Assembly (NCBI GenBank): GCA_965203355.1
Contig: OZ241889.1
Location: 320,001 to 384,000 of the forward strand
Direction: 5' to 3'
Length of the DNA stretch: 64,000 nucleotides
Source: Candidatus Latescibacterota bacterium
Lineage (GTDB): Bacteria > Latescibacterota > UBA2968 > UBA8231
The translations under genes and the position numbers were made by a program. How positions within the stretch are numbered: position 1 is the stretch's first letter; each line of letters starts with the position of its first letter. Below the pieces are notes generated by a model. The model saw only the letters and a program-made list of their open reading frames with translations. It was not told where the DNA came from and did not search any database. Below are positions 36,606-46,604 of this stretch, piece by piece.

Positions 36606-37460
36606 TCAGGTGGCTGCCAACTCAAACAGCGGTGCGTTCTCCTCGGCGCGAACTCGCAAGCCCTCCACTTCGGCGGCTGTGAGCGGCGCGAGGCGGTCGG
36701 CCATGTCCAAGGCCATTTCAAAGAGAGATGCCTCGCCGGGCGGCAGGGCGGCTGTGATGGGCTGCGATAGGGCGAAACGCAGAGCTAGCTCGGCTAGTGC
36801 CGGCTCGTCAATGGGATCGTACCAGCATTTGGCGTAGCGTTTGGGTGTTCCTTGGGGCAGGCGCGAGCGGGCCATGGCTTTGAGGGCTAGGCAGGCCGCA
36901 CCGCGCTCCTGTGCCTTGGCCACGACTTGGGGGCCGAAGCCGGCTTGGAAGTAATTGACCCAGTTGATGGGGAAGAGCACCGAGTCAAAGGGAAAATAGT
37001 CCAGCAGTTCCAGGGCGATTTCAGCCGAATGGGCTGAAAAACCTATGTAGCGCACCAAGCCTTGATCGCGGGCTTCCACAAACGCCGACAAGGCGCCGTC
37101 GGGGGCCGTGGCCGCGGCAAAATCCTCATCCGTGGTCATGGCGTGCAATTGGTACAAGTCGAAGTGATCGGTGCGCAGGGCCTTGAGCGATTGGCGCAAC
37201 TCAGCGGCGGCTCCAGCCCGGGTGCGCTAGGTGGTCTTGCAGGCCAAGAATACCTCGCTGCGATGCGGCTCCAAGGCTGGTCCCAGACGCTCTTCGGCGT
37301 TGCCGTAGCTCGGGGCCACGTCAAAGTAATTGACGCCGCGCTCAACGGCTCGTCCCACCAAGCGGTCGGCCTCAGCCGCTTCCACTTGGCTGACGACGAT
37401 GCCGCCGAAACCGATTACAGAAAGGTGTTCACCCGTGGTACCGTAGGGACGTCGCTGCAT
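36606..37460 (-). pseudogene. Aldo/keto reductase split by one in-frame TAG
   Basis: ORFs 37227-37460 and 36606-37199 are in frame: ...VFLACKTT*RTRAGAAAELRQSLKALRTDHFDLYQLH. Confidence 0.88.
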
Positions 37461-37580
37461 GGATATTCTCCTATTTTTAGTGAGACAAATGCGTTGTTGT
37501 CGGCAACCTACTCAAACCCCGTTGCGCCGCCCTTGTTTTCTTCGGCGAACAGGGTTTCGTCGAGAAGGATGCGAATGGGC

Positions 37581-37823
37581 TTATTGTGGGGGACTCTGTT
37601 GAAAGCGAGTGCGAGCATTGGGAAGCGTAATGCCAACAAGACGGCTATCGCGATAATGGTAGATACTCCCGTCATCTTCCATCACACTGTCGTTGGCGCA
37701 CTGAGGCTTTGCAAAGCTGAGATACAATACATCAGCCCCTTCATCATAGTCACTCCAAACTTGTGAATAAGGCAAGCGCAATAGCTCGGAAACAAACGTC
37801 AGGTTAATGCTGGATGTATCCAT
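37581..37823 (-). CDS. DUF2283-domain protein (putative antitoxin)
   Basis: YDEGADVLYLSF...LVGIT. Confidence 0.8.
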   Translation of the reverse strand: MDTSSINLTFVSELLRLPYSQVWSDYDEGADVLYLSFAKPQCANDSVMEDDGSIYHYRDSRLVGITLPNARTRFQQSPPQ

Positions 37824-38146
37824 ATCGCATTCCTCCTGCGAGTAATTTTATCCGGCCTCGACGTTAAAAATGCCGTAATGATGAACCCATCTTCTTCATC
37901 GCAATATATGGCGACACAGGTCTTTTCAGTAATGTTGGTCGCATCATAATATCGCAATGCAATTGTCGCCCCCAAATCTCCGGCGACCAAGCGATCCGGG
38001 GCTGCAACTGTTTCGAGCACCTTTTCCTGATTTCCGGCCATGTAATCGTGCGACTCTGTGATGTGAATCCATTGCTTATGGGTCAATCGTATAGTATGCC
38101 GATCAATAGAAGGTACGGTTGATAAGATAACATTTCCAGGTATCAT
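37799..38146 (-). CDS. Small putative RelE/barnase-like toxin paired with DUF2283
   Basis: IRLT..QW.HI...H..M...VLETV..PD...GFIITAF; overlaps the DUF2283 gene. Confidence 0.65.
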   Translation of the reverse strand: MIPGNVILSTVPSIDRHTIRLTHKQWIHITESHDYMAGNQEKVLETVAAPDRLVAGDLGATIALRYYDATNITEKTCVAIYCDEEDGFIITAFLTSRPDKITRRRNAIWIHPALT

Positions 38147-38402
38147 AGAATCAGGTCAGGCTTTTGGGGCAAATATACCGTTCACTCAAATAGGTACCCC
38201 AATTGATATTCTGGGTGTACTAGCACTGGACCAAGTCTCTTCTGGAATAAAGCGAGGCTACCTGTGTCGAAAGAGAATTGGAACTGTTGATGAAGATCTG
38301 GACCGACGTCCAATAGACACTCGAATATGACGCACTATGCAAGTAACGTCTACGTTCTATAACAGGTTGAAGACAACTCGAAAGCGATTTACCAGCCGGT
38401 AT

Positions 38403-38795
38403 TCATTCACTCATTAAAGCATCGAAGCGTTCGAGAAGTACTCCATAGTCCTTCACCCATGAGGAGATCAAATCGGTCGTCTTGGTTGGCAACGCCAGTT
38501 GTCTCGCAAGGTCGGCGAGATATTGCTGTTCTTCAGAGCTTGTATGCTGATCCGCTAGTGCCAAAACGAGAGCATCACGATAAACCAAGATCCGTGTGGC
38601 CCATGGCAGTTCCGACAAGTCGTCGGGACACTCCGGAAGGTTGTCAAGATCGATGCCAAAATGTGCGGCCTGTTGCTCAAGGATTTCCTGCTCGGCGGGG
38701 TGAAGTCCATCTGAATGAGCTATCTTTGAGAGGGTCGCGATGTACAACTCAGGCGAAAAACCATCGAGAGGATTCTGTAGAGAATTCATATTCAC
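38403..38795 (-). CDS. TerB-like domain protein
   Basis: Two TerB-type motifs: IAHSDGLHPAE and LALADQHTSSEEQQYL..LA..L.L. Confidence 0.75.
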   Translation of the reverse strand: MNMNSLQNPLDGFSPELYIATLSKIAHSDGLHPAEQEILEQQAAHFGIDLDNLPECPDDLSELPWATRILVYRDALVLALADQHTSSEEQQYLADLARQLALPTKTTDLISSWVKDYGVLLERFDALMSE

Positions 38796-40252
38796 TCCAT
38801 CATAAAGGCGTCGAGTTCGTCGGTTTTACGAATTATATGCCTGTCGGGTACGCCAACGATCTCCGCGAACTGGATGCTAGCTTCCAGCCTCAGATCGGTA
38901 TTTACAGTGTTATCGAAAGCGACCTTCGCTAGACGCTCCAAGCTTCCGAAGTAAGCATCCAACTTTTTGATAAAGGCACGGAATTCTTCATCAAGCTGTT
39001 CAATAGCTCTTTTCTCGTAGGTAGCAAGTCGTGCAATCAGCTTCGATTCTGCCATCCCAAGTCCGTTCTTGATAGCTGAAGCGACAATTTTCCCTGCAAG
39101 ACTGCCGACAAAAGCACCCAACATGGGGATTGGAATTAGTACTTGGCCGGCCATAGCGGCCAAGCCAACGATCGCGGCGTCCGCTGCGATGACGTGCGAC
39201 AACTCCACGAATTGCTCGCCATCAATCTTGCCAGAGTGGTACTGCCTCAGAAGATCCCCGACACCCATCAAGCTGCTGACAAGAGCACCGGCAAATGGAG
39301 CAGCCAGATCGGTCGAGTTAGTCAAGGCATACAATGCACTGCCAGCAACGGCCCCACCACCAGCACCTTTTGTTGCGGCAACACCAACGTCCTTCCAGTC
39401 CTGAGTTGAAAACTCTCCTTTGAAGGGGTTCTTGCCATCTCGATACTTGACCCATATCGCCTGTCCAAAACGGACTCCGCTACCGGCTGCAGCACCTATA
39501 GCTGCTGCACTTCCAAGCCCCGATAGTGATGGACCGTGTTCGGTTATCGCTTCCTGCTTCAGTTCATCATTCTTTTGAGCCAACCTATTTTCGCGATCAT
39601 CAAGCGTGTCATGGACACGCCCCTGTTGAACCTCAGCGTAAGTGCCTTCTCCCGGCTGAATGAGTTCGTCTAGGGACCTACCTGTCTTCTGTTGGAGGTC
39701 ATTAAGTTTACCCGAGATCGCGTTCGCGCTCTTTTCGGAAAGTCCATCAATCTGACCTGTCTGGCGCAACTGCTCTATTTGCTGATATTGATCGCGAGGA
39801 ATGTGGTAATGACCGCCGCCACTTGCAAAATCTTGATACTTCGTCTCATGGAGAGAAACTCCTTCCAAGGTATTACGAAGACCGTTATAATACTTGGACT
39901 GAATATCCACGCCCATCTCGCGATAATCGACAGGATCAAGGCGTCCGACTCCAGAAAATGTAGCCGTCGGCGTACGACCGTACAGTGCATCTATCGCACG
40001 GCGGACTCCCACATGAACCTGTTCTGCAATCTCGCCATGCTTGGTGGCCGGATTGCCAAGGATATTTTCTGGAGATCCCACAAAATCACGGACGCGCGAC
40101 ATCTCTCGCCACGCGTCCAAGAAATTCCTATCCTGAGTCTGTATTACTTCGGCGAGCCTGTTGGCTCGGTCCGCCGCATCAAGGGATGCCCATGTAGCTG
40201 CGACCTGCGCGGCTACATGCGGTCCCGTATGGTTTGTGTCAGGCTGATTCAA
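38792..40252 (-). CDS. Hypothetical protein with nuclease-like N-part, glycine-zipper TM region and coiled coil
   Basis: HGEIAE...DPVDY...DIQSKY resembles a PD-(D/E/Q)xK core; GxxxG-rich segments; overlaps both neighbours by 4 nt. Confidence 0.7.
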   Translation of the reverse strand: MNQPDTNHTGPHVAAQVAATWASLDAADRANRLAEVIQTQDRNFLDAWREMSRVRDFVGSPENILGNPATKHGEIAEQVHVGVRRAIDALYGRTPTATFSGVGRLDPVDYREMGVDIQSKYYNGLRNTLEGVSLHETKYQDFASGGGHYHIPRDQYQQIEQLRQTGQIDGLSEKSANAISGKLNDLQQKTGRSLDELIQPGEGTYAEVQQGRVHDTLDDRENRLAQKNDELKQEAITEHGPSLSGLGSAAAIGAAAGSGVRFGQAIWVKYRDGKNPFKGEFSTQDWKDVGVAATKGAGGGAVAGSALYALTNSTDLAAPFAGALVSSLMGVGDLLRQYHSGKIDGEQFVELSHVIAADAAIVGLAAMAGQVLIPIPMLGAFVGSLAGKIVASAIKNGLGMAESKLIARLATYEKRAIEQLDEEFRAFIKKLDAYFGSLERLAKVAFDNTVNTDLRLEASIQFAEIVGVPDRHIIRKTDELDAFMME

Positions 40253-41100
40253 AGTGCGACCTCAGCTTGGAGTAGTTGGCTAAGCGAGCGAATGTGATTA
40301 ATGAGAGCCGCAAGTCTTTCTTTTTGTTCTAAGTTGAACTGCCGATAGTTTTTCGGAGCATGGTTTGTAAGCCAATCGAGGCCAGCCAAGCACCCCTCTG
40401 AGTGCTCTTTTGTACGTTGTCCAAGCCCCTTAATCTCTCGATTAGCCGTCTCTAGGGAGCGAACTTTTGCTTCGACCTTGACACGCTCCTGTGATGCCTT
40501 CTCGGCGATCTCCTTGTTGCGCTTGTTAAGGTAGATTGCTGATCCTCCAATAGCGAGACCACCAATTGTCCATCCTACAGGACCTGTAAGGACCAGAAGA
40601 ACTTTTCCAGCAGCCATGCCACCACCTCCGGCAGCAACAGCTCCACCTCCGAGCCAAGCGAGAGCAGCATTCGTGGCTGCAGCACCGGATAGAGCGGATA
40701 TCGCTGTTCCAGTTGATGCTGTACCAAAGGTAGTCGCCACCGCCATAGCCGCGGTTGGACCTAGCGCAGCAACTCCTACACCCACGGCCCCTCCAGTTGC
40801 GCCCGTAGCCTTACCTATCTTAGTGGACTCTGTGGCTTCCGTCTTGAGACGTTGCACGGTCCTATCGAAGCGATTCGCTTCAACGCGGTACTGGGCAACC
40901 GACTTGTCGAACTCCTTGGGCGAGTTCGCAAGCAGGTTCACGTAATCTTCGACTCGTTCGATCACCTCACCAGCCGTCCGTTGCCGTTGCTTGAATAGCC
41001 GTACGCTCGCACGCTCGACACTCTTGCGAATAGACTCATATCTGTTGACTACCTTATCAAGCTTCTCAATTTCCTCGCGGCGCACAGACGAATTGAACAT
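40249..41100 (-). CDS. Coiled-coil/glycine-zipper membrane protein
   Basis: AAGGAG RBS before ATG 41100; ATTFGTASTGTAISALSGAAATNAALAWLGGGAVAAGGGGMAAG. Confidence 0.78.
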   Translation of the reverse strand: MFNSSVRREEIEKLDKVVNRYESIRKSVERASVRLFKQRQRTAGEVIERVEDYVNLLANSPKEFDKSVAQYRVEANRFDRTVQRLKTEATESTKIGKATGATGGAVGVGVAALGPTAAMAVATTFGTASTGTAISALSGAAATNAALAWLGGGAVAAGGGGMAAGKVLLVLTGPVGWTIGGLAIGGSAIYLNKRNKEIAEKASQERVKVEAKVRSLETANREIKGLGQRTKEHSEGCLAGLDWLTNHAPKNYRQFNLEQKERLAALINHIRSLSQLLQAEVAL

Positions 41101-41167
41101 TCTCAATCTCCTTTGATTCGGAATCTTACTAAAACCTCGCCCCGCCGTCAAACGATTCCAACGCGCA

Positions 41168-41851
41168 CTAAAAATGAAGCGTGAGTCTCGTCCCCACATT
41201 CTTGGGAGAAACGACCGGATCGACACCAAGCGTAGTTCGGCTGCCGCCAAGCTCAATCAGATGTCCGTAAGAAGAGTGTTGATTTTGCCGATTGATTGTG
41301 TCAGCAGATTTTCCTGCATCGTACATGGCACCTAGCCAACTACCGAAAAAAATAATAAGCCCGGGACCAATTTTCCAATCGTCATCATCAGGATCAACTT
41401 TGGTTTCGGTTATATAACCGAAGTTGTTTGTGTATTCATAATAATTATCCTCAAAACCACTTCTCGCCAGTGCAATACCCAAGATAATTGCGCCGAACAG
41501 AGTCACGCCTTTACGGTACTGCCCATTGTAGAATTGTCCGCTTCCTGGAAGGAAAAGCGACAGACCCATAGCGATATTAGGGTCTTTCTTTTGAACCCCA
41601 ATCTCCCCTCGTCTCCCCATCACAGGTTCCCGGGACATCTTAGCAATCTCGTCCATCGCATAGACGAACACATTCCCATCGCGCGTCTGTATCTTCAGCG
41701 ATTCGCCGACAATCTCCTCAATGATAACTCCGCGAATAAGTCCACCGTTTTTCAAGTGAATGACATCTTCCATTTGCTGCATTTGCTGGGCGAACGCGGG
41801 CGAGGTCATAACAAAAACCGTCAGGCATGTGAAACAAATAAAACGCGGCAT
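41168..41851 (-). CDS. Exported/membrane protein (TM2/DUF5683-like)
   Basis: Signal peptide AFA|Q; DVIHLKNG..IRG.I domain; K.P..A..LSL..PG.GQFYNG; terminal F. Confidence 0.7.
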   Translation of the reverse strand: MPRFICFTCLTVFVMTSPAFAQQMQQMEDVIHLKNGGLIRGVIIEEIVGESLKIQTRDGNVFVYAMDEIAKMSREPVMGRRGEIGVQKKDPNIAMGLSLFLPGSGQFYNGQYRKGVTLFGAIILGIALARSGFEDNYYEYTNNFGYITETKVDPDDDDWKIGPGLIIFFGSWLGAMYDAGKSADTINRQNQHSSYGHLIELGGSRTTLGVDPVVSPKNVGTRLTLHF

Positions 41852-41891
41852 GTTTTCTCCTATTTGGTCGCGGCAACGTTTTTCGCCAAGA
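41829..41891. repeat. 63-bp direct repeat (copy at 42442-42504) flanking the AbrB-PIN module
   Basis: Three mismatches; both copies contain the RBS and the codons MPRFI.FT. Confidence 0.9.
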
Positions 41892-41952
41892 ATCCTCTAC
41901 CGTGCCGGTCAGTATCTTCTGCTAGTCGGTACCCGTTGCGCGGACTTTCTAC

Positions 41953-42144
41953 CTATAAATACTGATCGGCAAAGGATCGAGGCGTGAGCACTTTGAGCCG
42001 CTTATAGCCGGGGTACTCAGTGAGAATTTCGGGCGTCACGACGATTTGGACACTGCCGCGCCTCCAAGCATTGAGGATCTGATGCGGTGGACCAGTAAAG
42101 AATACGCCTGATATAAAGACATTCGTGTCCACGACGATCTTCAT
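41953..42144 (-). pseudogene. PIN toxin with an internal deletion
   Basis: MKIVVDTNVFISGVFF.GPP...EILTEY joins directly to C-terminal GYK.LKVLTPR.F; only 63 aa, lacking central catalytic Asp residues. Confidence 0.8.
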
Positions 42145-42404
42145 TTTGCCGCTCGGACCCGGGAAACAGCGGCGGTAACATCTGATCGTTTCATTCCAGC
42201 TTGCTTAGCTTGGCGACGTGCTTTGGCAATCATGCGGTCGAAATCGCGCATGGAGGGAGTCTGGATGGTCTTGAGAATGATGACATCGTCTTCGCCCATG
42301 ACAATGAACCGGGTACCCGACTCCAATCCGAGCTGTTGGCGCAGGGACTCGGGAATGACGACTTGCCCTTTGGAGGACATGCGGGTAGTGGCGACTGATT
42401 CCAT
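42141..42404 (-). CDS. AbrB/MazE/SpoVT-family antitoxin
   Basis: TTRMSSKGQVVIPESLRQQLGLESG; AGGAGG RBS. Confidence 0.9.
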   Translation of the reverse strand: MESVATTRMSSKGQVVIPESLRQQLGLESGTRFIVMGEDDVIILKTIQTPSMRDFDRMIAKARRQAKQAGMKRSDVTAAVSRVRAAK

Positions 42405-42646
42405 AAAGCCTCCTTTTATAATAAACTGGTAAAAAATAAAGGTGAAACCAATAAAACGCGGCATGTTTTCTCTTATTTGGTCGCGGCAAAGTTTTTCGCC
42501 AAGATTGGATTATGCGGTTTGTCGGAGACAATACATATTGCACGACAGGCCCTTTGTCAACGAAACGGGCGGCACTTGGTTGACCCAACGCTAACTATGA
42601 CGCTCATTACGGGGCAGACGCACACAGCCTACTAAAGGAGCGATCC

Positions 42647-44404
42647 ATGAGCCATCTAAATCCTCGCGCCATCGCCATTCACACTCCGATGCCACCGCCC
42701 GTTTGGGCACTGATGGAGTGGGAACTGATTCGAGCGCAAACGAGGGGATGCACGGAATTTTTCGCCAAGTACTTCGACGAGCGGGGCTATTTGGAGTGCA
42801 TCCCGCGCTGGGGCGGCAACGACGGGCCGGACGACGCTATCGAGAATCTAGTCCACTGGCCGGTGCTCTATGTGCTGGGTGGTGGCCCCCATCTGTACGA
42901 TATGTGCCAGTTGGCTTGGGAGGGGCATCTCAAGCAGTACACCGAGGCTAAGACCACGGAAGTGCCCTTTGCTCGGGACGGTATGTACTATCGCGAATTT
43001 CCAGTGATGTTCGACTGGGTGCATAACGGAGAAGGGCTGACGACGTTCAACCTGCACGGATTGATGAATCCACGCGAGCGAGCCTTTGAGCAGCGGGTGC
43101 GGCGCTACGCCGGATTTTACATGGGCGACGACCCACAAGCGCCCAACTACGATCCCGCACGCAAAATCATCAAGAGCCTGTTCAACGGCAGCCGCGGGCC
43201 CCTGCTGCGCCAGGCCACAGCACTCGACTGGGCCGGCGATCCACTCGACGAGGTGCAGGAACGCTTCATTCCCCTGCACGGAGAGCGCAACTTCGAGGAG
43301 ATGCTGGCTCATTTCAAAGACTACACCGACATCGTCGGCGACCATCCCCAAAACATGGTGGCGACGGCCTTGGGGCTGAACGCGTACGCGCTGACGGGCG
43401 AAGACCAGTACAAGAACTGGGTGCTCGAATACGTCGAAGCCTGGCGGCAGCGCACCCTCGCCAACGACGGGATCATCCCGACCAATATCGGACTCGATGG
43501 GACCATCGGCGGCGAGTGCGACGGCAAGTGGTACGGGGGGTGTTACGGCTGGGCCTTTACCGTCGAAGTGCCCCAGACCGGAGCAAGGGCCAGCCGCAAC
43601 ACGCACGGGCTGGGGATTTCGGGTTTTGGCAACGCGCTGTTGCTGTCGGGCGAGCAGAAATTCGTCGATGTGTGGCGGCAGATGATCGACACAATCAACG
43701 CCAACGGCAAAGAAGTCAACGGGCAAATGATGTACCCGCATATGCACGGAGACGCCGGCTGGTACGAGTTCCGGCCAGCAAAGTACGCGCACGGAGCACA
43801 AGAGGTGTACTACTGGTCGATGGACCGGGCCGACCTGAATCGGCTGAACGCCGACAGCGGCTGGTTCGGCTTTTTGGATGGACGCGACTCCACCTACCCA
43901 GAAGCGGCACTACAGGCCGACTTTGCCCGCCTCCGCACGCAAATGGAAAAGGTGCGCCGCGACCCGACAACGCCGGACACCCGGCTGTCGGACAATCCCA
44001 ATCCATTCAACCCGGCCATTCCGGGCGGACTGACTCAACTCATGTTAGGCGGGCTGACGCCGCGCCACGGCTCGCCGCTGCACTGCCGAGTGCGCTACTT
44101 CGATCCACAGGCTGGGCGCGCCGGGATGCCCGAGGGCGTGGGGGCGTTGGTGGAGCGACTAGGCGCGGACTTCATGACCCTAACGCTGGTAAATACAGAC
44201 CCAGTGGCCGGGCGCGAAGTAATCGCACAAGGCGGAGCCTATGCCGAGCACCAGTTTACGAGTGTGCGCGTGGGGGGAAAGGAAACCGCGATAGATGATT
44301 CGGCTTTTGCCGTGGAGCTAGCGCCGGGAGCCGGGGCGACGTTGGAGATCGGAATGCAGCGCTATGCCAATAGGCCGACGTTTGCGTTCCCGTGGGATCG
44401 GTAA
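42647..44404 (+). CDS. Conserved hypothetical protein (possible alpha/alpha-barrel enzyme)
   Basis: 585-aa ORF with AAGGAG RBS and core codon usage; WGG.DG.DD..E and DW.H.GEG motifs. Confidence 0.75.
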   Translation: MSHLNPRAIAIHTPMPPPVWALMEWELIRAQTRGCTEFFAKYFDERGYLECIPRWGGNDGPDDAIENLVHWPVLYVLGGGPHLYDMCQLAWEGHLKQYTEAKTTEVPFARDGMYYREFPVMFDWVHNGEGLTTFNLHGLMNPRERAFEQRVRRYAGFYMGDDPQAPNYDPARKIIKSLFNGSRGPLLRQATALDWAGDPLDEVQERFIPLHGERNFEEMLAHFKDYTDIVGDHPQNMVATALGLNAYALTGEDQYKNWVLEYVEAWRQRTLANDGIIPTNIGLDGTIGGECDGKWYGGCYGWAFTVEVPQTGARASRNTHGLGISGFGNALLLSGEQKFVDVWRQMIDTINANGKEVNGQMMYPHMHGDAGWYEFRPAKYAHGAQEVYYWSMDRADLNRLNADSGWFGFLDGRDSTYPEAALQADFARLRTQMEKVRRDPTTPDTRLSDNPNPFNPAIPGGLTQLMLGGLTPRHGSPLHCRVRYFDPQAGRAGMPEGVGALVERLGADFMTLTLVNTDPVAGREVIAQGGAYAEHQFTSVRVGGKETAIDDSAFAVELAPGAGATLEIGMQRYANRPTFAFPWDR

Positions 44405-44514
44405 CAGCCTCGGGAGCGATTCTCTCAACAGGAAAGGCCAGCGAAAATGGGGGTGTTTCGCGCACGAGCACTCGACGACAATCCCTATCAGGGCGCAGGT
44501 CGGCTACGACCGTT

Positions 44515-46242
44515 CTATCGTGCGCGTTCGACCTGCACCCCAATGATGTCTAGGTCGTGGTATTTCTGGTGCCGCACCGCAGAGGCGTAGTGCCGCAACA
44601 GACGAAACGAGACCTCGCTTTCGTCTATTATCTCGGGCTGTTCGCTCAGATACGCCAGGCGGTCTTCGAGATTTTCCCCGGCGGCAGTCGCCAAAAACTC
44701 CAGTTCCACCGTTCCTTCGGCGGGCCGGGCGGTGAGGATCAAATGCCGCCTGTCGCTTGCATCGTCTTCTGCTTGTTGCGTCAGAATCGCCAAAGTCTCT
44801 TCCCCGGCGGCGCGGAGCCGCTTAGTCGCCGGACCGTCCCAGCCGACGCGCACGGCAAATTCGCCGAGGAACTCGTCGATCTTGGGCAGCGAGGCCGCGG
44901 CTAACTCGACCTCCAGACGTCGGCGGCGCGGAGCCGTCAGCTCCATGAATGCAGTCAGCACAATCGCCGTAAGACAACCAGCGGTCATGCCGTTGCCGAG
45001 CAAGGTGCCCCACGTCCCGCCCAGCATATCGGCGAAGATCACCTGATTCTGAAAGCCTACGCCAAGCCAAAACGACAGCCCCACCACCGCGGCCTTGCGG
45101 TGATCGAGGCCACTCTCGACGACCAACTTCATGCCCTGAACGAAAAGCAGACCGATTAGCAAGGTTACATAGGCCGCCCCCACGGGATTGGGAATGGCGA
45201 TCAGGAGAGCCGTCACCTTGGGCGATAAGGACAGCACCGCAAAGATGCCCCCCACATACACCCCAACGCGCCGTGCGGCAACGCCGGTGAGTTCAGCGAG
45301 CGATATACTGGTTGAGTAGGTCGTATTGGGGGGCGTCCCAATCAAACCCGACAACAGGTTGCCCATTCCATCGGCATTGAGAGCGCCTTGGACCAGGCGA
45401 AAATCAGTTGCTCGGGGCTGACGCCGCGAGACCCGTTGGATGGCAACGCCGTCGCCAATGGTTTCAATCGCGCCCACCAGAGTAACGAGCACAAACGCCG
45501 GCAGCAAGGCCCAGAATTCTGCACTGAACGTCAGGTCCAATCCCGGCCACGTGCCGTCGGGAAAACCGATCCAAGGGGCTGCGATTACGGGCTGCATGTC
45601 GTACAGTCCGAAGAGAGCAGCCACCACACAGCCCACCACGATGCCGATGAGTGGTGCCCACAGTCGCCAAGTCACGGGAGCGCGCAAAGCCAACACCACG
45701 AGGACCACGAGCGTCGCCCCAGCCGCAGTCGGGGCCGCCGCAGGCGGCGTGCCGTCGGGCACATCCGTGAGCAAGCCGAAAACGATGGGCATGACCGTGA
45801 CGGCGATCAACATAATCACCGTGCCGGCGACAGTCGGTGTGAGAATCCGGCGCAACAGCGAAAGCCGCGCAGCTAAGGCAAATTGGAACAGCGACGCAAC
45901 GACGATCAAGCTCGCCATCAGAGAGGGACCGCCCTTCACCAGTGCCGTGATGCAGACCGCAATGAAGGCACCGGAGGTGCCCATGATGAGCACGTGCCCG
46001 GCCCCGATTCGCCCGACCCGGACCGCTTGCAGAATCGTGCTCACGCCACTGATTAGCAGCGCCGCGAAGGCAATCCAATTTAGATAGCTCTCCGGCTGGT
46101 TGGCCGCCCGGCCAATAATAATCGCGCTGAGCACCACCGGCGCGATGATGACCACCGCAGCCTGAAAGCCGACTCCAGCGGCGACAGAATGGGGGGGGCG
46201 CTCGTCCGGCTCGTAGCGGACGTTTTCATTTGCTTGTGCCAT
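44515..46242 (-). CDS. NCS2 xanthine/uracil permease with an extra C-terminal HATPase-like domain
   Basis: Y.PDE.PP, GTSGAF, ETIGD, ADGMGN...G.PPNT.YS; ~130-aa soluble tail (LRAAGEE.L...SFRLLRHYAS.V.H). Confidence 0.85.
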   Translation of the reverse strand: MAQANENVRYEPDERPPHSVAAGVGFQAAVVIIAPVVLSAIIIGRAANQPESYLNWIAFAALLISGVSTILQAVRVGRIGAGHVLIMGTSGAFIAVCITALVKGGPSLMASLIVVASLFQFALAARLSLLRRILTPTVAGTVIMLIAVTVMPIVFGLLTDVPDGTPPAAAPTAAGATLVVLVVLALRAPVTWRLWAPLIGIVVGCVVAALFGLYDMQPVIAAPWIGFPDGTWPGLDLTFSAEFWALLPAFVLVTLVGAIETIGDGVAIQRVSRRQPRATDFRLVQGALNADGMGNLLSGLIGTPPNTTYSTSISLAELTGVAARRVGVYVGGIFAVLSLSPKVTALLIAIPNPVGAAYVTLLIGLLFVQGMKLVVESGLDHRKAAVVGLSFWLGVGFQNQVIFADMLGGTWGTLLGNGMTAGCLTAIVLTAFMELTAPRRRRLEVELAAASLPKIDEFLGEFAVRVGWDGPATKRLRAAGEETLAILTQQAEDDASDRRHLILTARPAEGTVELEFLATAAGENLEDRLAYLSEQPEIIDESEVSFRLLRHYASAVRHQKYHDLDIIGVQVERAR

Positions 46243-46324
46243 GACTCACTCTTTCAATCAGGTTGCACTACAAAATCCGCGAAATCTACATCGTTGCTTG
46301 GGGAAATATGCGACGATTGGCCAA

Positions 46325-46504
46325 CTAGTGCAAAAATCGACGCGACGCGCTTTCTGAAACGTCGTCGCCCGACAGCCAGCGCTTTTCTAGCTTGAGTTCT
46401 GCCAAATAATCCAGAATCATGCCGCCGAGGCTAGGGTTTTGCTCCACTAGCTCCGTAAGCTCTTCCGGGGTCACATCCCATCTGTCGAGAATCGTTTCGG
46501 GCAT
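46325..46504 (-). pseudogene. N-terminal fragment of a probable restriction endonuclease-like gene
   Basis: GAGG RBS; MPETILDRW....EELTELVEQNPSL.GM...Y.AE.KL then truncated. Family call is from memory of similar proteins. Confidence 0.45.
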
Positions 46505-46604
46505 ATTATCGCCTCTCAAGCCTTCTATATAATGAATTTGCGGGCCTCAATGGCTCGGCCCTGTAGGTCGGCCAGTGCTGGGTCAAAGCGGTGTTTTTTC
46601 TCGC

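Noticed and set aside
37510-37580. Possible gene-end remnant (..IRILLDETLFAEENKGGATGFE*) on the minus strand
   Set aside because: Too short to assign to a family without a search.
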